Counted from the first letter of the stretch, positions 1 to 9,910 are shown. The stretch: DNA of 64,000 bases from an uncultured Staphylococcaceae bacterium (GCA_964507405.1 CAZDPJ010000005.1:2306-66305), one strand, 5' to 3'. Numbers and translations: made by a program. Notes: generated by a model from the sequence alone, not told the origin.

Positions 1-2
1 CT

Positions 3-350
3 TATACAAGTTTTATGATGTTATATATTGCTTGTCAACCTTTTACAGGAAAGAAATTCTTATTATTTATTTTCTGCGTAGGTGCATCATTCTTCATAAC
101 ACTCGCTTCAATGTATAATTTTAGTATTTTTGGTTTCAACTTTAGTGAAATCTTTAATTTAGTTAAACTTTATGAAATTAAAAATACAACTGAAGAAACA
201 GTGGTTATTGCTAATCCATTATTATTGACCATTATTTTAGCATTATTATCTTATACATTTATTACATCAATTACTTATTTCTTAAATGTAATAACTGATA
301 AGATTAATAAGAATCATAATAAATATAAAGTTAAAAAAGATGAAAATTAA
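3..350 (+). CDS. hypothetical small membrane protein (possibly 5'-truncated by window edge)
   Basis: ORF track gives 15..350. The same frame is open back to nt 3, so the start may lie outside the window. Hydrophobic segments are present. A hairpin+T-run follows at 350-375. Confidence 0.4.
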   Translation, partial: YTSFMMLYIACQPFTGKKFLLFIFCVGASFFITLASMYNFSIFGFNFSEIFNLVKLYEIKNTTEETVVIANPLLLTIILALLSYTFITSITYFLNVITDKINKNHNKYKVKKDEN

Positions 351-375
351 ACCAGTCAATTGGCTGGTTTTTTTC
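350..375 (+). terminator. intrinsic terminator
   Basis: Stem aaccagtc/ggctggtt with loop aatt, followed by a T-run. Confidence 0.7.
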
Positions 376-439
376 ATATAGCCCATACTTTTCTATTATA
401 TTTTAATATTATATAGTAGACTAAGAAATGAGGTGAATC

Positions 440-1180
440 ATGAAAGTACTATCAATGAATAATGTGTCTAAAAGTTTTTTTACAAAACTTGGAGAACTAG
501 AGGTATTAAAAAATGTAAGTTTAGATGTAAATGAAGGTGAAATTATTGCGATAGTTGGTCCTTCAGGAAGTGGCAAATCAACGATATTAAATTTAATTTC
601 AGGTTTAATTAAACCAAGTGAAGGTGAGATTAATGTAAAGGGTAATCTTGGTTATATGTTTCAAAAAGATCAATTATTTGAATGGCGAACAATTTGGAAT
701 AATATACTATTAGGACTTGAAGTAAAACATCAAATTACAAGTGAAAAAAAAGAAGAAATTAAAGAATTGCTTGAAAAATATGATTTAATTGATTTTATTA
801 ATAATTATCCATCGGAACTTTCAGGAGGAATGAGACAAAGAATAGCATTAATTAGAACACTTGTTGTTAAACCTAATATTTTACTTTTAGATGAACCATT
901 TTCAGCTCTTGATTATCAAACAAGAATAAAGGTAAGTGATGATGTTTTTAATATAATTAAAAGTGAAAAACTAAGTGCGATTCTTGTTACACATGATATT
1001 TCTGAAGCAATTGCAATGGGTGATAGAGTGATTGTTTTATCAAAACGACCTGCTCAATTAAAAGGTATTCATCAAATAAAAATGGAAAAAGAAAATTTAG
1101 CACCACTTCTTAAAAGGAAAGACCCTAATTTTAGAGTGTACTTTGATGAAATATGGAGTGAATTAAATGAAGAAAACTAA
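440..1180 (+). CDS. ABC transporter ATP-binding protein, NitT/TauT (nitrate/sulfonate/bicarbonate) family
   Basis: Walker A GPSGSGKST, signature LSGGMRQR, Walker B LLLDEPFSALD, H-loop VTHD. RBS gaggtga lies upstream. Confidence 0.9.
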   Translation: MKVLSMNNVSKSFFTKLGELEVLKNVSLDVNEGEIIAIVGPSGSGKSTILNLISGLIKPSEGEINVKGNLGYMFQKDQLFEWRTIWNNILLGLEVKHQITSEKKEEIKELLEKYDLIDFINNYPSELSGGMRQRIALIRTLVVKPNILLLDEPFSALDYQTRIKVSDDVFNIIKSEKLSAILVTHDISEAIAMGDRVIVLSKRPAQLKGIHQIKMEKENLAPLLKRKDPNFRVYFDEIWSELNEEN

Positions 1181-1958
1181 TTATTATATTAAAAAAAGAA
1201 GAAAAGAAAAAATAATAATTACAAGTATTCAAGTTATATTATTAATCTTATTTATTATATTATGGGAATTATTTGCAAACTTAAATATAATTGATACCTT
1301 CTTATTTAGTAAGCCTTCTAGTATCTTTAATTTATTATTTATGTACATTAAGTCGGGTCAATTATGGAATCATATTTTTATATCGGTAACAGAAACAGTT
1401 CTTGGATTAATAATTGGTACCCTGTTAGGTCTTTTAATTGCAATTATTTTGTGGTGGAACAAGATGCTTGCAAGAATATTTGATCCTTTTTTAGTGGTAT
1501 TAAATGCATTACCGAAAACTGCACTCGCTCCAATATTAATTATTTGGGCAGGAACAGGGATTAAAGGTATTACGGTAGTCGCAATTTCGATATCTATTGT
1601 TGTAACCATAATTTCGGGATATAGTTATTTTAAAAATATTGAAGAAGATAAAATTAAAATGTTAAGAAGTTTTAATGCTAATAAATGGCAAATATTAACT
1701 AAACTTGTCCTCCCTGCAAATTTTGGCAATATAATCAATATAATTAAAATAAATATTGGTATGTCATGGATAGGAGTAATTGTCGGTGAATTTGTTGTTT
1801 CAAGAGCGGGTATTGGTTATTTAATTGTCTATGGTTCACAAGTATTTAAAATGGATTTAGTCATGATGGGTGTTTTTGTACTGGCAATTATTGCTTTTAT
1901 AATGTATGAAATAGTCAATTTAATTGAAATTAAAGTTAAAGGGAAGAGGAAAATTTAA
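1167..1958 (+). CDS. ABC transporter permease (NitT/TauT family)
   Basis: Polytopic membrane protein with a BPD-transporter-like loop. It overlaps the ATPase gene by 14 nt. Confidence 0.85.
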   Translation: MKKTNYYIKKRRKEKIIITSIQVILLILFIILWELFANLNIIDTFLFSKPSSIFNLLFMYIKSGQLWNHIFISVTETVLGLIIGTLLGLLIAIILWWNKMLARIFDPFLVVLNALPKTALAPILIIWAGTGIKGITVVAISISIVVTIISGYSYFKNIEEDKIKMLRSFNANKWQILTKLVLPANFGNIINIIKINIGMSWIGVIVGEFVVSRAGIGYLIVYGSQVFKMDLVMMGVFVLAIIAFIMYEIVNLIEIKVKGKRKI

Positions 1959-2977
1959 TGAAAAAAAATAAATTAATTTTATTTATATTATGTTTATTTA
2001 TTTGTATTACTTCTTTAACAAGTTGTAGAAATGATAAACATAAAATTAAGGTTGCTGAGGTAGCTCATTCGGTATTTTATGCTGCTCAGTATGTAGCACT
2101 TGAAAATGGATATTTTGAAGAAGAAGGCCTAGAAATTGAATTAATCAATGCTTCTGGTGCTGATAAAGTTACTGCTTCTTTACTATCAGGTGATGTGCAA
2201 ATAGGTTTACAAGGGCCAGAACCTACAATATATTTATATAATAATAATCAAGAAAATTATTTAGTTAATTTTGCTCAATTAACCAAAAAAGATGGATCAT
2301 TTATTTTTGGCCGAGAAAAAATAGATAATTTTAGTCTTGATATGTTGAAAGGAAAAAGCATTTTAGGGGGACGAAATGGTGGCGTTCCTGAGATGACACT
2401 TGAATATGTTCTAAAAAATGCAGGACTTGTGGTAAAAAGAGATGATGAAAAGGTAGATGCAACTTTATCAGAAGTTAATGTTCGGACGGATGTAGCCTTT
2501 AATGCAATGGCAGGTTCTTTTTTAGCAGGTGAGGGGGATTTTGTAACTTTATTTGAACCCACCGCAACAGATTTAGTTAATTCTAAAAAAGCCTATTTAT
2601 TATGTTCTGTTGGAAGCCTTGCAGGTAATGTTCCTTATACTGCTTACTCAACATCAATCAATTATTATAATAAAAATAAAGATATTATTGAAAAATTTAC
2701 AAGAGCAATCTATAAAGGACAACAATTTGTAATGACTCATTCTGATTTGGATGTTGCTGAAGTTCTTACAAATTCATTTAGTGACATTGCACTTAAGGAT
2801 TTAGTTAGTGTTGTAAGTAGATATCGTAGTATTGATGCTTGGTGTAGTACTCCATATTTTGAAAAAGAAGGATTTGAAAAACTTATGGATATTATGAGTC
2901 TTGCTGGAGTATTAGAAAAAAGAGCACCATATGATGTACTTGTTAATAATGAAATAGTAAATAAAATATTATATTAA
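1958..2977 (+). CDS. ABC transporter substrate-binding lipoprotein (NMT1/THI5-SsuA-like)
   Basis: Lipobox LTSC after a signal peptide. The start overlaps the permease stop (TAATG). Overall SsuA/NMT1-like composition. Substrate unknown. Confidence 0.75.
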   Translation: MKKNKLILFILCLFICITSLTSCRNDKHKIKVAEVAHSVFYAAQYVALENGYFEEEGLEIELINASGADKVTASLLSGDVQIGLQGPEPTIYLYNNNQENYLVNFAQLTKKDGSFIFGREKIDNFSLDMLKGKSILGGRNGGVPEMTLEYVLKNAGLVVKRDDEKVDATLSEVNVRTDVAFNAMAGSFLAGEGDFVTLFEPTATDLVNSKKAYLLCSVGSLAGNVPYTAYSTSINYYNKNKDIIEKFTRAIYKGQQFVMTHSDLDVAEVLTNSFSDIALKDLVSVVSRYRSIDAWCSTPYFEKEGFEKLMDIMSLAGVLEKRAPYDVLVNNEIVNKILY

Positions 2978-2984
2978 TTTTAAT

Positions 2985-3012
2985 AAAACCAATAGATTTA
3001 TTGGTTTTATTC
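2985..3012 (+). terminator. intrinsic terminator
   Basis: 10-bp stem aaaaccaata/tattggtttt with loop gatt, then a T-rich tail. Confidence 0.7.
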
Positions 3013-3084
3013 TTTACTTTTTTATAAAAATAGTTTATAATATATCTATATAAACTGAAATTTAATTGAAAGAGGTATATAAAA

Positions 3085-4140
3085 ATGGGAATTTTTTCTG
3101 GAATAAAAAAACAATTATTAAAAGTCATTCAATGGAATGATGACACAACTAACACGATTGTTTATCGTTATCCAATGGATGATCGTGATGAAATAATGAA
3201 TGGATGTCAACTAATCGTAAGTGATTCACAATGTGCAATGCTTGTTAGTGGTGGACAAATTTGTGATGTTTATGGACCTGGTACTCACCCATTAACAACT
3301 AAAAATATGCCAATTATAACAAAACTATCTAGTTGGAAATATGGCTTTGATTCTCCATTTAAAGCTGATGTTTATTATGTTAATACTAAACAATTTATAA
3401 ATATGAAATGGGGTACCGCAACTAAAATTTCCGTTCGTGATAAAGATTTTGGTATTATTCGTGTAGGTGGACGTGGAACATATTCATTTAAAATTGAAGA
3501 CGCACCTAAATTTATGCGTGAAATTTTTGGAACAAATAGACAATATACAACTGATAGCTTAATGGAATATTTTAAGAGTATTATCGTAGCTGGATTTACA
3601 ACTGTTCTTGGTGAAAATCAAGTATCAGCCCTTGATTTACCAGCAAAACTTTTAGAAATATCAATAAGTGTTAAAAAAGTAACTGATGTTGATTTTGACG
3701 CAATCGGTGTACAAGTTGTTAATTTAAAAGTCGAGAGTGTCGCATTACCAGAAGAAGTTGAAAAAGCAATTGACCAAAGATCATCAATTGGTGTTATGTC
3801 TGGGGTTATGAATGAATTTACTCAATATCAAACTGCTCAAGCAATTAGAGAAGCTGCTAATAATCCAAATGGTGGTATTGCTTCTGCTGGTGTTGGCCTT
3901 GGCGCTGGTGTTGCGATTGGTCAAGCAATGGGTAGTGCAATGGGAAATGCCATGAACCAAAACAATAATCAAAATGTAGCCCAAATTAGATGCCCTAACT
4001 GTAATTCGTTAAATAAAGAAGATGCCAAATTCTGTAATAATTGTGGAACAAAGCTTGTAAGAAATAATTTCTGTACTAATTGTGGTACTAAAAATGATGC
4101 GGATGCTAAATTCTGTAATAATTGTGGACAAAAATTATAA
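3085..4140 (+). CDS. SPFH/band-7 domain protein with C-terminal Gly-rich linker and tandem zinc ribbons (YdjI/COG4260-like)
   Basis: The N-terminal ~240 aa resemble the YdjI-type SPFH family. The C-terminus carries CPNC..CNNC, CTNC..CNNC and a duplicated DAKFCNNCG unit. Confidence 0.75.
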   Translation: MGIFSGIKKQLLKVIQWNDDTTNTIVYRYPMDDRDEIMNGCQLIVSDSQCAMLVSGGQICDVYGPGTHPLTTKNMPIITKLSSWKYGFDSPFKADVYYVNTKQFINMKWGTATKISVRDKDFGIIRVGGRGTYSFKIEDAPKFMREIFGTNRQYTTDSLMEYFKSIIVAGFTTVLGENQVSALDLPAKLLEISISVKKVTDVDFDAIGVQVVNLKVESVALPEEVEKAIDQRSSIGVMSGVMNEFTQYQTAQAIREAANNPNGGIASAGVGLGAGVAIGQAMGSAMGNAMNQNNNQNVAQIRCPNCNSLNKEDAKFCNNCGTKLVRNNFCTNCGTKNDADAKFCNNCGQKL

Positions 4141-4143
4141 TAT

Positions 4144-5238
4144 ATGAATGATGATTTAAAAGATTTAGAAATTAAAGAAGCGGATGCTGAAGACTTTAGT
4201 TGTCCTTCATGTGGAGCACCGATAAATTATAATCCTGATTCACAAATGTTAGAATGTAGTTATTGTGGATTTAAACAAAAAATAGATGGAACAAGAAGTG
4301 AAGAAGAATTTGATTTTGAGGAAAAAATCGATGATGATAATCTATGGAATGATGAAACTAAAATCATTAAATGTGAAAATTGTGGTTCTAAAAATGTTGT
4401 CTCTCGTGAATCTATAACTAATTGTTGTCCATTTTGTGGCTCGAATCAAGTTGTAGATACTGATGAACTTGCTGGTATTAAACCACACCGCGTAATTCCA
4501 TTTACTATTTCTAAAGAAAATGCAACTAAAAATTATACTAAATGGGTAAAAAAACGTTTCTTTTCACCAAATAAAGTAAAAAAAGAAAAAATTAAACTCA
4601 ATGTTAATGGTGTCTATTTACCTGTTTGGACCTTTGATACGGATACTTTTAGTAGTTATGATGGTAAACTTGGAAAATTCCATACAACAACGGTTGGTTC
4701 AGGAAAAAATAGAACGACAATTACAACAACAAGATGGTTTCGAATAAAAGGAACTACCCAAGTAATATTTGATGATTTATTAGTTAATGGTGGTTCACAA
4801 ATAACACAAGGTGAAATTCAGCGAATTGCTCCTTTTTCAACAAATGAGTCATTTTTATATGAACAAAAATTCTTAGTTGGTTTTTCAGCAGAACATTATC
4901 GGGTTAATTTAAATGTAGCTTGGAAAAATGCAAAAAAACTTGCTGTTCCTCAAATTAAGAGTAAAATTCTTAGTAAATATCATTATGATGTTGAAGGAAC
5001 AATTAAAATTGATACTATATATAATAATACTAAATATAAATATGTATTAATTCCTGTTTGGATTGGAACATATAAGTTTAATAATAAAAATTATCGTTTT
5101 TTAGTTAATGGTGAAAATGGTAGATTATATGGCAAGGCTCCAACATCAGTCGTTAAAGTAACATTATTTATAATTCTTATTTCGATTATTGCGATTGTAA
5201 TTTTTATTCTTACTTATATGTCTGGTTCTTGTAACTAA
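4144..5238 (+). CDS. zinc-ribbon protein with C-terminal membrane anchor (YdjG-like partner of the SPFH protein)
   Basis: Two CxxC..CxxC pairs (CPSC..CSYC, CENC..CPFC). C-terminal TM helix VTLFIILISIIAIVIFILTY. The start is 3 nt after the upstream stop. Confidence 0.6.
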   Translation: MNDDLKDLEIKEADAEDFSCPSCGAPINYNPDSQMLECSYCGFKQKIDGTRSEEEFDFEEKIDDDNLWNDETKIIKCENCGSKNVVSRESITNCCPFCGSNQVVDTDELAGIKPHRVIPFTISKENATKNYTKWVKKRFFSPNKVKKEKIKLNVNGVYLPVWTFDTDTFSSYDGKLGKFHTTTVGSGKNRTTITTTRWFRIKGTTQVIFDDLLVNGGSQITQGEIQRIAPFSTNESFLYEQKFLVGFSAEHYRVNLNVAWKNAKKLAVPQIKSKILSKYHYDVEGTIKIDTIYNNTKYKYVLIPVWIGTYKFNNKNYRFLVNGENGRLYGKAPTSVVKVTLFIILISIIAIVIFILTYMSGSCN

Positions 5239-5259
5239 GGTAGCGGAAGGAGCATTACT

Positions 5260-6099
5260 ATGGATGAAAAAGTAAATAAACTTATCGTAAACGCTCTTCA
5301 AGAAGATAGTTATAATTCGGATATTGTAACAAATATTTTAATTGAAAAAAGTAAAGTTGTTACTGGTAACCTAGTTGCTTGTACATCTGGTATTGTTTCT
5401 GGAACTGATGTTGTTAAAGCTTTATATAAACATTTAAATCCAAAAATGAGTATAACTATTCATCATGATAATGGTACTTTTGTTAATCGTGGAACTGTTA
5501 TTATGACGCTTAAAGGACCAATGCGAGATATATTAAAAGGTGAACAACTTGCAATTAATTTGATTACTAGAATGAGTGGAATTGCAACATTAACTAATCA
5601 ATATGTAACGGAAATTAAAGATTTGAAATGTCAAATTTTAGATACCCGAAATACAACTCCACTACTTAGAATTCTTGATAAACAAGCAGTTAGAGATGGT
5701 GGAGGAGTTAATTATCAATTTAATTTAGGAGATCATTTATTAATTAGATATAGTCATGTTTTAACAAATGATAATTTACCAGAATTAATTGATAAGGTAA
5801 AAAACAATTCTAAAATAGATTTACCACTTGAAATCGAAATTAAGACAATTGATGAATATTATTTGTTAGAAGATACTAAATGTGATGTCATAATTTTAAA
5901 AGATATGAATGATGATACAATAAGAAATATAGTTGAATTAAATAAAAATAAAAAAAAATTAGCTGTATTTGGTGATTTTTCAATAAAAAAAATAAGAAGT
6001 ATTGCTAAAATGGGAATAGAATATATTATTATTGATTGTTTAACTCATTCATATAAAGCTATGGATATAAAAATGAAATTTTATAAAAATCTAATGTAA
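5260..6099 (+). CDS. nicotinate-nucleotide pyrophosphorylase (NadC/ModD family)-like protein, active-site motifs degenerate
   Basis: Family blocks are recognisable (SGIATLT, ILDTRxT, GGGxN, LTHS). The conserved ER, TRK, NHR and KDNH positions read EQ, TRN, NYQ and RYSH. Confidence 0.7.
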   Translation: MDEKVNKLIVNALQEDSYNSDIVTNILIEKSKVVTGNLVACTSGIVSGTDVVKALYKHLNPKMSITIHHDNGTFVNRGTVIMTLKGPMRDILKGEQLAINLITRMSGIATLTNQYVTEIKDLKCQILDTRNTTPLLRILDKQAVRDGGGVNYQFNLGDHLLIRYSHVLTNDNLPELIDKVKNNSKIDLPLEIEIKTIDEYYLLEDTKCDVIILKDMNDDTIRNIVELNKNKKKLAVFGDFSIKKIRSIAKMGIEYIIIDCLTHSYKAMDIKMKFYKNLM

Positions 6100-6135
6100 A
6101 AAGCACCCGAGGGTTCCTTCCTTTGGTGCTTTTTA
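6098..6135. terminator. bidirectional intrinsic terminator
   Basis: Stem aaaagcacc/ggtgctttt flanked by an A-run and a T-run. It sits between convergent genes. Confidence 0.75.
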
Positions 6136-6504
6136 TTATTTATTCTTTTTAATATTAATTCCAATTATTCCTCCGATACTGGATGTTAAGATATAGGAAA
6201 AATACTTAATAAGTAAAGTAAAATTAAATGAATGAGTACATAAGTTTATTAATAATGCAATTAGTAAAATAAAAATAGAAGCGGATAATCCTTTTAACCA
6301 ACCATTCTTATTTTCTTTTATTGTTGAAATAATACCAAGTATAAAGAATAGAAATAATCCTATTATATAACATGTAATTTTGATTGTATTTTTATCAGTA
6401 GATACAACATTAAAATATAAAAGAATGGTATAAACTAAAGATGTAATGGATAAAATAATAATAAAGAAAAGTAATGTTGTAATTTTGTTTTTAATAAAGT
6501 TCAT
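6136..6504 (-). CDS. small 4-TM membrane protein (TIGR04086/YrzE-like)
   Basis: 122 aa with four hydrophobic helices and a KNGWLKGL motif. Its position next to the DUF421 and spoVB-like genes matches B. subtilis yrzE-yrbG-spoVB. Confidence 0.5.
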   Translation of the reverse strand: MNFIKNKITTLLFFIIILSITSLVYTILLYFNVVSTDKNTIKITCYIIGLFLFFILGIISTIKENKNGWLKGLSASIFILLIALLINLCTHSFNFTLLIKYFSYILTSSIGGIIGINIKKNK

Positions 6505-6543
6505 ATTATCACCATTACATTATATGAGAGGAATTAGTTTGTT

Positions 6544-7197
6544 ATGAATGATCTTTTAATAATTATATTGAGAACATTAGCAGGATATTTAGTTTTAATA
6601 ATATTGATGAAATTTATGGGGAAAAGAGAAATTGGACAACTTAGTTTATTTGATTTATTAATATTACTTACTATTGTTGATATTATGGTGGTAGGAATTG
6701 AAAACTTTACAATTAATTATTTGTATTGTCTTGTTCCAATGGTATTTATCGCAATAGTACAAAAATTAATTGCTTTAATTAGTTTAAAATCAGTAACTTT
6801 CAGAAATTTTATTGATGGAAAAGAATGCCTGATTATTGAAAAAGGAAAAATTAATATTAAAAAAATGAAGAAAAATGGATATAATATGGATGATTTATAT
6901 GTTCAACTAAGAAAAAATGGATATTCATCTCCTAATGAAGTTGAATATGCCATTTTAGAAAATAGTGGTGAATTATCGGTATTTCCTAAAGAACTTAATT
7001 CTTTTTTTCCTCTTCCTTTAATTTCAAGTGGTAAAATGAATAAAGAAAATATTATTAAAGCGGGTTTTACTATTAGTTTTATTGAACAATTTGTTATTAA
7101 AAATGGGTATAAGTCGATTAAAGAAGTATATGGATTAAGTTTATTAAATGGAGTATTAACATTTACAAAAGTTATAGATAATAATACTTGCAATTAA
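6544..7197 (+). CDS. DUF421 domain membrane protein (YetF/YrbG family)
   Basis: N-terminal block MKFMGKREIGQLSLFDLLILLTIVD is typical of DUF421, followed by a C-terminal soluble domain. Confidence 0.8.
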   Translation: MNDLLIIILRTLAGYLVLIILMKFMGKREIGQLSLFDLLILLTIVDIMVVGIENFTINYLYCLVPMVFIAIVQKLIALISLKSVTFRNFIDGKECLIIEKGKINIKKMKKNGYNMDDLYVQLRKNGYSSPNEVEYAILENSGELSVFPKELNSFFPLPLISSGKMNKENIIKAGFTISFIEQFVIKNGYKSIKEVYGLSLLNGVLTFTKVIDNNTCN

Positions 7198-7290
7198 TTA
7201 ATATTATGATAAAATATAGATATTAAAAGTATCTATGTTTATTTTTTTTACATTCTAATGATACTTATAAGTAGCGAAAGTAGGGGAAAT

Positions 7291-7806
7291 ATGGACAAAA
7301 ATGTCGAAAAAAGAAGGGATAAAGCTAGTAAATTAATCCTTAAACAGATTAAAAAGACATATAAATATGATATGAAACTAGCCTTAATGGAAAATGTAAA
7401 GTTAAAGAAACTAAGGTTAATTGTTAATAATTCGGTTAAGTTAAAAATTGATGAAAGAATTAGTACTAATAATTTAATTATTAATCATAAGAATAATAAA
7501 TCCTTAGATTATATATTAATTAATATTATTAATAAAATATCGCCAGTATTATATCAAAATATACCAAATGATGTACTTGATTTATATAGTAATGCTTTAA
7601 ATTGTTATTTTAATAATGATTCAGAACGATTATTTTCAATATTTAATAACTTATCAACATTGCCTAATAACTATATTTTAAATGATTTAAATGATGTAAT
7701 TAAATCTTTAAAATATGAATTGAAAAATAAGAATAATATAACTTATTATCATATTAAGAAAAAGTTAATTAATAAAAGACTTAATATGCTTTTAGAAGAC
7801 TTTTGA
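7291..7806 (+). CDS. hypothetical protein
   Basis: ORF track gives 7258..7806. The ATG at 7291 has a better RBS (aggggaaat). The protein is Asn/Lys-rich with no recognisable motif. Confidence 0.4.
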   Translation: MDKNVEKRRDKASKLILKQIKKTYKYDMKLALMENVKLKKLRLIVNNSVKLKIDERISTNNLIINHKNNKSLDYILINIINKISPVLYQNIPNDVLDLYSNALNCYFNNDSERLFSIFNNLSTLPNNYILNDLNDVIKSLKYELKNKNNITYYHIKKKLINKRLNMLLEDF

Positions 7807-9283
7807 TGTTTATTAATTTTAAAATGTAACACCAAAATAGATAAATAAGACCATTTATGAAGATACTAATTATATAATTGATATTTAATAATTTAAAGAA
7901 ACATAATGAAAAGAATGTAAAAATGAAAATTAATAACAAACTTAAACTTTTATTATAACTTACCTTTATATTGGTAAGTTTTTTAATATTTAGGTATACT
8001 ATAAAAGTAAAACCAATAAGTGTAATGGCGGTTGATAGAATAATTGATTGATAACTTATTTTGTTAATAGTAGATAAGATTATTATTAATAAAATTCTTA
8101 AAATATTAAAAAAACTTGATATTTTAAATAATGATTTTGAACAGCCTAAAGAATGATAAATAGAAGAAAGTGGTGCTTCAAGATAATAAGGTATAAAAAA
8201 GATAACATAGTATTTGATTAAATTTGAACCTGAGGAGGTTCCATAGACTAGGTTCATTAGGTCTTCGGGATAAATAAATAATACAGCAGTAATAAAAAAA
8301 GCTGGTACTAATGAAAAAATAATTGCTTTCTTAATATAATAATTAACACTATCTGTCTTATTTAAAGCATGTGATTCAGAAATGGAAGGAACGATTGTTG
8401 TTCCAATCGCATTAGAAACAAAAGAACCAAGGGTTAATAGAGAAATTGTATAAGCATTGATAATGGTATACATGCTATTAATTTTATCAATTGGATGATT
8501 TAATAATGATAATATCCAAACATATACAATTGGTTCTAAAAAGTATGTAAAGTTACCGATTAAATGAGACAATGTTGATGGTATACTTATTTTTATAATT
8601 GCATTCAATTCATTTTTTGTATTTTCATAATGAATTATTTTAAGTTTTTTAATTTTTATACTTGAATATATAATTGAAAATAACTCACCAATACTTAAAG
8701 CAAGTAAACAAAAGAAGGTTGCAAGTTTTATTCCATATGGAATCATTAATATAAGTAGTAATGTACTAAAAATAATTCTTGAAATTTGTTCTATTAAATT
8801 TGCAATTGAAGTATGATTCATTAGTTTTAGGCCATTAAAGTAGCCCTTTAAAGAATCACTAATTCCAACAAGCGGTATTAGAAAGACAGCTGATAGAAGA
8901 GGCAAGAATAAATCTTCATTTTTTAATAAATAAAAAGTAAGAGGATATAACATTAATAAATATAATATTATGGTAATTATAGATGTAATTAAAGCTAAAT
9001 GAATTGCTTTTTTTAATAGTATTTTCGGTGAATATTGTTTGGTTTTAATACTTTCAGAAACTAACTTACTAATAGTAATATTTAAACTAAGACATGAGAT
9101 ATTAATGAATAACATAATAGTTGGAAATGACATAATGTACAATGTCATACCTTTTTCACCTAATGTTCTTGTGATTATTATTCTATAAATTAATCCTAAT
9201 AATTTAATAATAAATCCTGTAATTAAAATAATTAAGGTATTATAGAAAAAAGATTTTTTGTTAATATTTATTTTTTTAAACAT
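7781..9283 (-). CDS. spoVB: MOP-superfamily flippase (SpoVB/MurJ-like polysaccharide biosynthesis protein)
   Basis: 500 aa with about 14 TM helices of MOP/Wzx/SpoVB architecture. Its synteny with yrbG-like and yrzE-like genes and apt-relA matches B. subtilis spoVB. Confidence 0.6.
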   Translation of the reverse strand: MFKKININKKSFFYNTLIILITGFIIKLLGLIYRIIITRTLGEKGMTLYIMSFPTIMLFINISCLSLNITISKLVSESIKTKQYSPKILLKKAIHLALITSIITIILYLLMLYPLTFYLLKNEDLFLPLLSAVFLIPLVGISDSLKGYFNGLKLMNHTSIANLIEQISRIIFSTLLLILMIPYGIKLATFFCLLALSIGELFSIIYSSIKIKKLKIIHYENTKNELNAIIKISIPSTLSHLIGNFTYFLEPIVYVWILSLLNHPIDKINSMYTIINAYTISLLTLGSFVSNAIGTTIVPSISESHALNKTDSVNYYIKKAIIFSLVPAFFITAVLFIYPEDLMNLVYGTSSGSNLIKYYVIFFIPYYLEAPLSSIYHSLGCSKSLFKISSFFNILRILLIIILSTINKISYQSIILSTAITLIGFTFIVYLNIKKLTNIKVSYNKSLSLLLIFIFTFFSLCFFKLLNINYIISIFINGLIYLFWCYILKLINIKSLLKAY

Positions 9284-9397
9284 TTTTTAAACTCCTAAAC
9301 ACTATATTTTATGGATATTTTATAAAAAAATGACCAAAACCCTTTATAAAAGTGTCAAATAGTGGTATAATTAATATATATAAAATTAGGAGGAATT

Positions 9398-9910
9398 ATG
9401 AATTATAAAGATTATATAGCTACAGTTGAAGGATTTCCTAAAGAAGGTATATCTTTTAAAGACATTACCCCATTAATGCAAAATGGTGAAGCATTTAAAT
9501 CTGCTTGTCATGATATGGCAAATATTGCAAAAAGTTTAGGTGCGACGGTTATTGTTGGACCTGAATCAAGAGGATTTATTTTTGGTTGTCCTGTTTCTTG
9601 TGAATTAAATATTGGTTTTGTCCCTATTCGTAAACCTGGAAAACTACCAAGAGAATATATTTCTGAAGAATATGAGTTAGAATATGGAACAAATACATTA
9701 TGTATGCATGCGGACGCATTAAAACCTGGTGATAAGGTAGTCATTATTGATGACTTACTTGCGACTGGCGGTACTAGTCTTGCGGCTAAAAGATTAGTTG
9801 AAAGATTAGGTGCTGAGGTAGTAGGACTAATTTTCTTAATTGAATTAGAAGATTTAAATGGAAGAAAAGAATTAGAAGGAATAAGTGTAAATTCTTTAAT
9901 TAAGTTATAA
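9398..9910 (+). CDS. apt: adenine phosphoribosyltransferase
   Basis: PRPP-binding motif [13 protein letters not shown], typical 170-aa length, RBS aggagg. Confidence 0.95.
   Translation: MNYKDYIATVEGFPKEGISFKDITPLMQNGEAFKSACHDMANIAKSLGATVIVGPESRGFIFGCPVSCELNIGFVPIRKPGKLPREYISEEYELEYGTNTLCMHADALKPGDKVVIIDDLLATGGTSLAAKRLVERLGAEVVGLIFLIELEDLNGRKELEGISVNSLIKL

Noticed and set aside
2943-3128. 61-aa minus-strand ORF spanning the gap between the ABC binding-protein gene and the SPFH gene
   Set aside because: It overlaps both flanking gene ends and runs through the + strand terminator and promoter region. It has no RBS and an Ile/Phe/Tyr/Asn-rich nonsense-like sequence.
7781-7806. 26-nt convergent overlap between the hypothetical gene (7291-7806) and the spoVB-like gene as a possible antisense regulatory arrangement
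   Set aside because: Nothing in the sequence beyond the overlap itself supports regulation. The hypothetical ORF's reality is uncertain, so the overlap may simply reflect an over-called or fast-evolving ORF.
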